Shown piece after piece: positions 59,737 to 64,000 of a stretch of DNA of 64,000 nucleotides. The stretch is from an uncultured Chitinophagales bacterium. Its GTDB lineage: Bacteria > Bacteroidota > Rhodothermia > Balneolales > M1805. Under the pieces are notes generated by a model. It was given only the letters and a program-made list of their open reading frames with translations. It was not told where the DNA came from and did no database searches. Where the stretch lies: positions 1,687 to 65,686 of the forward strand of contig CAZNTR010000003.1 of assembly GCA_964575925.1 (NCBI GenBank). Direction: 5' to 3'. A program made the position numbers and the translations under genes. Each line of letters starts with the position of its first letter. Positions within the stretch are counted from its first letter, which is position 1.

Positions 59737-61980
59737 ATGAAAGCGCTTGATGCACAAGAAGTACTTAAAGAGTACAAAGAGTATAAGTTAGCGGATGCTC
59801 AAGAGCTTGAACTGAAACAGCTACTTGAAACACTAAAAAAGTATCATCATTTCTTCGATGAAGAATTAATTAGACGTTCGTTCACATTGTGTTTTGTTTC
59901 ACATAAGACAATGACTAGAGCAAGTGGTGAGCCCTATTATTTGCACCCGTTAGCAGTTGCAATGATTGTAGCACAGGATCTAAAGCTAGATGATATTTCT
60001 ATATCAGCAGCGCTCTTACACGATGTTGTTGAAGATACTCCTATAACCATTCAGCAGATTGAGTCTGAATTTGGTAAAGCTGTAGCTGTTATGATTAGCG
60101 GATTAACTAAAATAGCTGGGGCTTTTAAAGATCGGAATGTAAAGCAAGCTGAGACATTCATGCGTTTATTACTTTCGATGGCTCAAGATGTAAAAGTTCT
60201 CTTTATTAAATTTGCAGACCGTTTGCACAATATGAGAACTTTGAGGTATTTACCTGCTCCAAAACAAATTGCAATTGCTACAGAAACCTTAGAAATTTAT
60301 GCTCCTCTTGCTCATAGAGTAGGTATGAATAGCATGAAAAATGAATTTGAAGACTTATGTCTAAAATATCTTGATAATAATTCGTACAAATTTGTAGCAC
60401 GAAAACTCAGAGAAAAGAAAGAAGTAAGAGAGCTGTTCATTCACGAATTTATGAGTCCTTTAGAAGAAAAACTTAAAGATTTAGGGTTCAAATTTGAAAT
60501 TAAAGGAAGACCAAAGCATATTTATTCCATTTATCGGAAAATGAAAAAACAACGTATCGCTTTTGATCAAATCTATGATTTATTTGCGGTACGAATCATT
60601 TTGGATGAACCTCATACTAAAGAAGATTGCTGGCGCGCCTATTCTATAATCACCGATATGTATCGTCCAATCCCTGAGCGTTTCAAAGATTTTATTTCAA
60701 TTCCTAAAAAAAATGGGTATCAATCATTGCACAGTACTGTAATTACTAATAATGGACAGCAGGTTGAGATTCAAATACGAACGCTGCAAATGGATGCGTT
60801 TGCGGAACACGGAATGGCAGCTCATTATAAGTATAAAGATGGAACAACAGGAACAGCAAGTCCTCTCGATGAATTTACCTCTTGGATTCGTGAAATTTTA
60901 GAGAATCCACGACCCGAAAAAATTACAGAATTTGTTGATGATTTTAGATTAAATCTATTTTCCGAAGAAATTTACGTTTTCACTCCCAAAGGTCTTCTAA
61001 TTACGCTACCACAAGGTTCAACACCAATCGATTTTGCATTTGAAATTCACTCAGAAGTTGGTGAACATACGGTTGGCGCAAAAGTAAATCAACAGTTAGT
61101 GACTTTGCGTTATGAATTAAAAAGTGGTGATCAAGTTGAGATTATGACCACAAAACAGCCGAATTTGAGTGCTGATTGGCTCAATTATGTAAAAACACAT
61201 AAAGCTAAAGCGCGAATCAGGCAGTTCGTAAAAAATCAAGAGAAAACTAATATTGAAAATGGTCGTGAGTTATTCCGTAAAAAAATGGGAAAACTTATAA
61301 CTGAAGTAAATGATGCAGATTTAATTAAGGTTGCTCATAGAATGAAATACACCTCAATTGGAAATCTATTTCATGATATTGGTATTGGTAGTTTAGAAGT
61401 TTCAAGATTTGTTAAAGCTGTTAAAGTTCATTTAACAGAGCTTGAAAAAGAGGAATCGGATTCTAAAGTAGTGCGTCTTTCTGAGAAAGAGTTTCAAACT
61501 TTGTACCATGAAGATGCAAGGGCAACTGGAGAAAATGGTTTAATCATTAATGGCGCTTACGCCAATATTAAATACTCCTATGCAAAATGTTGTAATCCAA
61601 TTCCTGGTGACGTTGTTATAGGATTTTTGAGTAGAACAGGTGATATTAAAATTCATAGAACGAATTGTAGTAATGTACCCAATTTGGTAAAAACTGAAAG
61701 TGAACGAGTTATTGACGTAAAATGGCCCAAAATGGTAAATAACCAATTTGTAGGGGCAATTAAAATAATCGGGCAAGATAGACAAGGCTTAATTACGGAT
61801 ATTACCTCTCAAATTTCACGTCAAATGAATACAAATATGAAAAGTATTAGTGTTGCAGAAAGTAACGGTTTATTTGAAGGTAGTTTAATTCTTTACGTTA
61901 TGGATTTACAACACCTAGAAAAAATTATTAAAGAATTAAAAGGGATTGATGGGATTAAGGAAGTCTATCGTTTTGATTAA
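59737..61980 (+). CDS. rel: Bifunctional (p)ppGpp synthetase/hydrolase (RelA/SpoT homologue)
   Basis: HD hydrolase domain (HPLAVA...LHDVVEDT), synthetase domain (RPKHIYSIYRKM...YQSLHSTV), and TGS and ACT-like C-terminal domains. Confidence 0.95.
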   Translation: MKALDAQEVLKEYKEYKLADAQELELKQLLETLKKYHHFFDEELIRRSFTLCFVSHKTMTRASGEPYYLHPLAVAMIVAQDLKLDDISISAALLHDVVEDTPITIQQIESEFGKAVAVMISGLTKIAGAFKDRNVKQAETFMRLLLSMAQDVKVLFIKFADRLHNMRTLRYLPAPKQIAIATETLEIYAPLAHRVGMNSMKNEFEDLCLKYLDNNSYKFVARKLREKKEVRELFIHEFMSPLEEKLKDLGFKFEIKGRPKHIYSIYRKMKKQRIAFDQIYDLFAVRIILDEPHTKEDCWRAYSIITDMYRPIPERFKDFISIPKKNGYQSLHSTVITNNGQQVEIQIRTLQMDAFAEHGMAAHYKYKDGTTGTASPLDEFTSWIREILENPRPEKITEFVDDFRLNLFSEEIYVFTPKGLLITLPQGSTPIDFAFEIHSEVGEHTVGAKVNQQLVTLRYELKSGDQVEIMTTKQPNLSADWLNYVKTHKAKARIRQFVKNQEKTNIENGRELFRKKMGKLITEVNDADLIKVAHRMKYTSIGNLFHDIGIGSLEVSRFVKAVKVHLTELEKEESDSKVVRLSEKEFQTLYHEDARATGENGLIINGAYANIKYSYAKCCNPIPGDVVIGFLSRTGDIKIHRTNCSNVPNLVKTESERVIDVKWPKMVNNQFVGAIKIIGQDRQGLITDITSQISRQMNTNMKSISVAESNGLFEGSLILYVMDLQHLEKIIKELKGIDGIKEVYRFD

Positions 61981-62188
61981 AAGTTATGAATTGAAAACTT
62001 TTTATGAAATCAAACTGAGTGCTTGAATATAAACCTAAATTAAACGGAACTTGTTTTGACACACCGTCATTATGGCGAAAGCCATCATCTCTTGCTCTCG
62101 CTCCGAACTAAATTCAAAACTCCAAATTCGGCCAAGATCTTGTTTTTAAAAAAGATTATAACATGAATTTATACATGCATGACTCTTT

Positions 62189-63052
62189 TTATTTATGCGC
62201 AACCATGGTAATTCCAGTTAAAGAATTACAATTTCCACCACCCTGATTTACTCTTCCAGTAACGTGCAATTCTGCGATTTCATCAATAAAACCAACATCT
62301 CCTGTAAAGTAAAAAGTCTCAGAGATCGTTGTTGGTGATTTTAACCAAATTTCATTTTGTTCACCTCGAAATTCAAGTTTAAATTCATTGGGAAGTATCC
62401 CACAATTGCCTGAATCTTTATCTGTAAATTCTTGAACCGATTTTCTTAAAAAACTAATCAACCCGCCTGCTTCAGTTTGGCCGTATGCTTGCGTTAATAT
62501 GGTACATTTGTTCATCAAAATTTGGTAATCATCAGGAACCAAAGTTGCTCCGCCCGTTATGATTTCATCACAAAACCAATCTACTTTATAAAAACTCCTT
62601 AAGGCTCCTGGCACGGTGAATACATGCGTTGGCTGAAATGTTTCGATAAGTAATGGAATTTCTGTAAGTTTCTCCACATAAGGAATGATTGTTTGAAAGG
62701 TAGCTCCAATTTGTTCAGCTGCTAAAGCCCAAGTAAAACCTGCAACATGCCAAGGACTTGCAATTACTAAAACGCGAGATTCTTTAGTGAGATTAAACGG
62801 CTTTATGGATAAAGAAGTGTTAAGATGTAATTTCTTTTTGGACAGAACTATTTTTTTAGGAAGTCCTGTTGATCCACTAGAGAATAAAGTAATCGTATTT
62901 TCTTGATGAATATCTCCAAGTGTCTCAAGTTCTGTCATATCAATTTCTTCGAAACGAGGTGGAATGAAATAATAGGAATTTGAGTCATTAATAAGAGAAG
63001 AAAATGATTCAAGTTGCTTAAAATCATTTTGGAGTAACTTTTTCATAAGCAA
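62189..63052 (-). CDS. Short ANL-superfamily (AMP-binding) enzyme, 287 aa; possibly MenE-like
   Basis: Core motifs SSGSTGLPKKIV (A3), YGQTEAGG (A5) and FTGDVG...TGRV (A7/A8). It lacks about 100 N-terminal residues and the entire C-terminal subdomain of canonical ~500-aa members. Confidence 0.6.
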   Translation of the reverse strand: MLMKKLLQNDFKQLESFSSLINDSNSYYFIPPRFEEIDMTELETLGDIHQENTITLFSSGSTGLPKKIVLSKKKLHLNTSLSIKPFNLTKESRVLVIASPWHVAGFTWALAAEQIGATFQTIIPYVEKLTEIPLLIETFQPTHVFTVPGALRSFYKVDWFCDEIITGGATLVPDDYQILMNKCTILTQAYGQTEAGGLISFLRKSVQEFTDKDSGNCGILPNEFKLEFRGEQNEIWLKSPTTISETFYFTGDVGFIDEIAELHVTGRVNQGGGNCNSLTGITMVAHK

Positions 63053-63804
63053 GCAATAGAATTTTTTTTATTTAGTATGAATCGGCAAAAAAATCAAACT
63101 ATGAGGCAACTCTGAAAAATCATTTTTTCAGTTTCAATTCCTCGAAATCTGTGAATTTACCAAAAATATTGCTTATAACTAATTCTAGTAGTTGACTCAT
63201 GTATAATAAAATGTCAATTTAATGGTAGAATAATAAACTAGTTAAGTTACATCCTCAAATTCGGACTTCGATTCAATAAAAAAGGAATTGGTTTTCGCAG
63301 AGAAACGGTCATCCCTTGCCTGGCCACGATTCGAAAATCTACGATAAGCTATCTCTGTCCAATATCATTTTACGCAACAATCACTTTTTCTTTGAATAGA
63401 TTGGTTCTATGCTGAGATGCTGGGTCGAAGCCCAGCATGACCAAATAACAACTATGAACTAAGCTCAATAGGTTGCGAATAAACTCTTGTTTTCATTAAT
63501 TATGCTATAGAAAACAGTTAACGAAATAATTCAATTTGCAAAATGACAATGTTCGAAAGTTAATTTACAACCCTAAAGTACTAATTTTCAAAGAAAATTT
63601 TTTACACAATTATTGAATAGTAAATAGAAAAATCATATAAATACCTGTTATTTTGTCTGTAGGTGGAACGAACATAAAACGTAGTTTTCTGTAAAATAAT
63701 CAGCGATAATATCCTATATGAATCAGTGAAACCGACAAGTATGACTTTTAGTTTCAACTCAAAAATCAAATTAACAAAACGTTAAGTTCGAACATTTTAC
63801 AGAT

Positions 63805-63999
63805 TTAAATTATTGAATCAGTCGATAACTCAGACCGATTTAACAAATTATAGACGAATTCTAGATTTTCATTTACTATTTCCTTGTCAAGAAGTAGGCC
63901 AATTGGTTGAATAAAAAAACTACAAATTGCTGCTTTAGATTGAAGTGTAAAATCTTCTTTATCCTCAATCAAAAGTTTAAAGTTTGCGAGATTATTATA
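63805..63999 (-). CDS. 3' end (64 codons) of an unidentified CDS that runs off the right window edge
   Basis: Absent from the ORF track. The reverse strand is open from the edge, reading YNNLANFKLLIEDKEDFTLQSKAAICSFFIQPIGLLLDKEIVNENLEFVYNLLNRSELSTDSII, to the TAA at 63807-63805. A 64-codon open frame in ~35% GC DNA is suggestive but not conclusive. Confidence 0.35.
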   Translation of the reverse strand, partial: YNNLANFKLLIEDKEDFTLQSKAAICSFFIQPIGLLLDKEIVNENLEFVYNLLNRSELSTDSII

Positions 64000-64000
64000 T

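Overview
Low-GC (about 35-37% by eye) chromosomal segment, most likely from an FCB-group bacterium (Ignavibacteriota/Bacteroidota-like). Supporting signs are a 2446-aa SprA type IX secretion translocon, a secreted protein ending in a T9SS C-terminal sorting domain (...NYPKPFNPSTTIRFSL...FYRLQVGNFVETKKMLLSK), and bshC. The content is overwhelmingly housekeeping. Left to right: (1) a beta-glucan/laminarin utilisation cluster (GH3 running off the left edge, a decayed GH30 stub, GH5, GH16, LacI, MFS); (2) nuoA-H of complex I; (3) bifunctional nuclease, bshC, 5-formyl-THF cyclo-ligase, PspC-domain protein, tmk; (4) two LptF/G permeases; (5) sprA; (6) trkH/trkA; (7) a BNR-repeat T9SS cargo protein; (8) oxyR with a divergent peroxiredoxin; (9) mutS; (10) mreBCD-mrdA-rodA; (11) fmt, def, ruvX, an HU/IHF gene, and rel. 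I do not see a convincing new multi-gene system: there is no defence-like, toxin-like or mobile gene island. The strongest signal not explained by genes is a dispersed ~98-bp repeat family with 18-bp terminal inverted repeats. It has 8 clear copies plus several decayed ones, all intergenic, on both strands, in two core subfamilies. Several copies are flanked by 6-7 bp direct duplications, which is how a MITE behaves, and no cognate transposase lies in the window. Copies separate gene pairs that are usually adjacent (trkA/trkH, def/fmt) and form a B-A-B array upstream of mutS. Secondary observations: three decayed genes (two carry homopolymer-run frameshifts, which could be assembly errors); an orphan two-TM coiled-coil protein that resembles GldL/PorL; a nuo operon that stops after nuoH; an ankyrin protein with a poly-acidic tail; a very short ANL-family enzyme; and several GC-rich tetraloop hairpins or palindromes in intergenic DNA. 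Two edge-truncated CDSs (1..1534 minus, 63805..63999 minus) are missing from the supplied ORF track and were read directly from the sequence.
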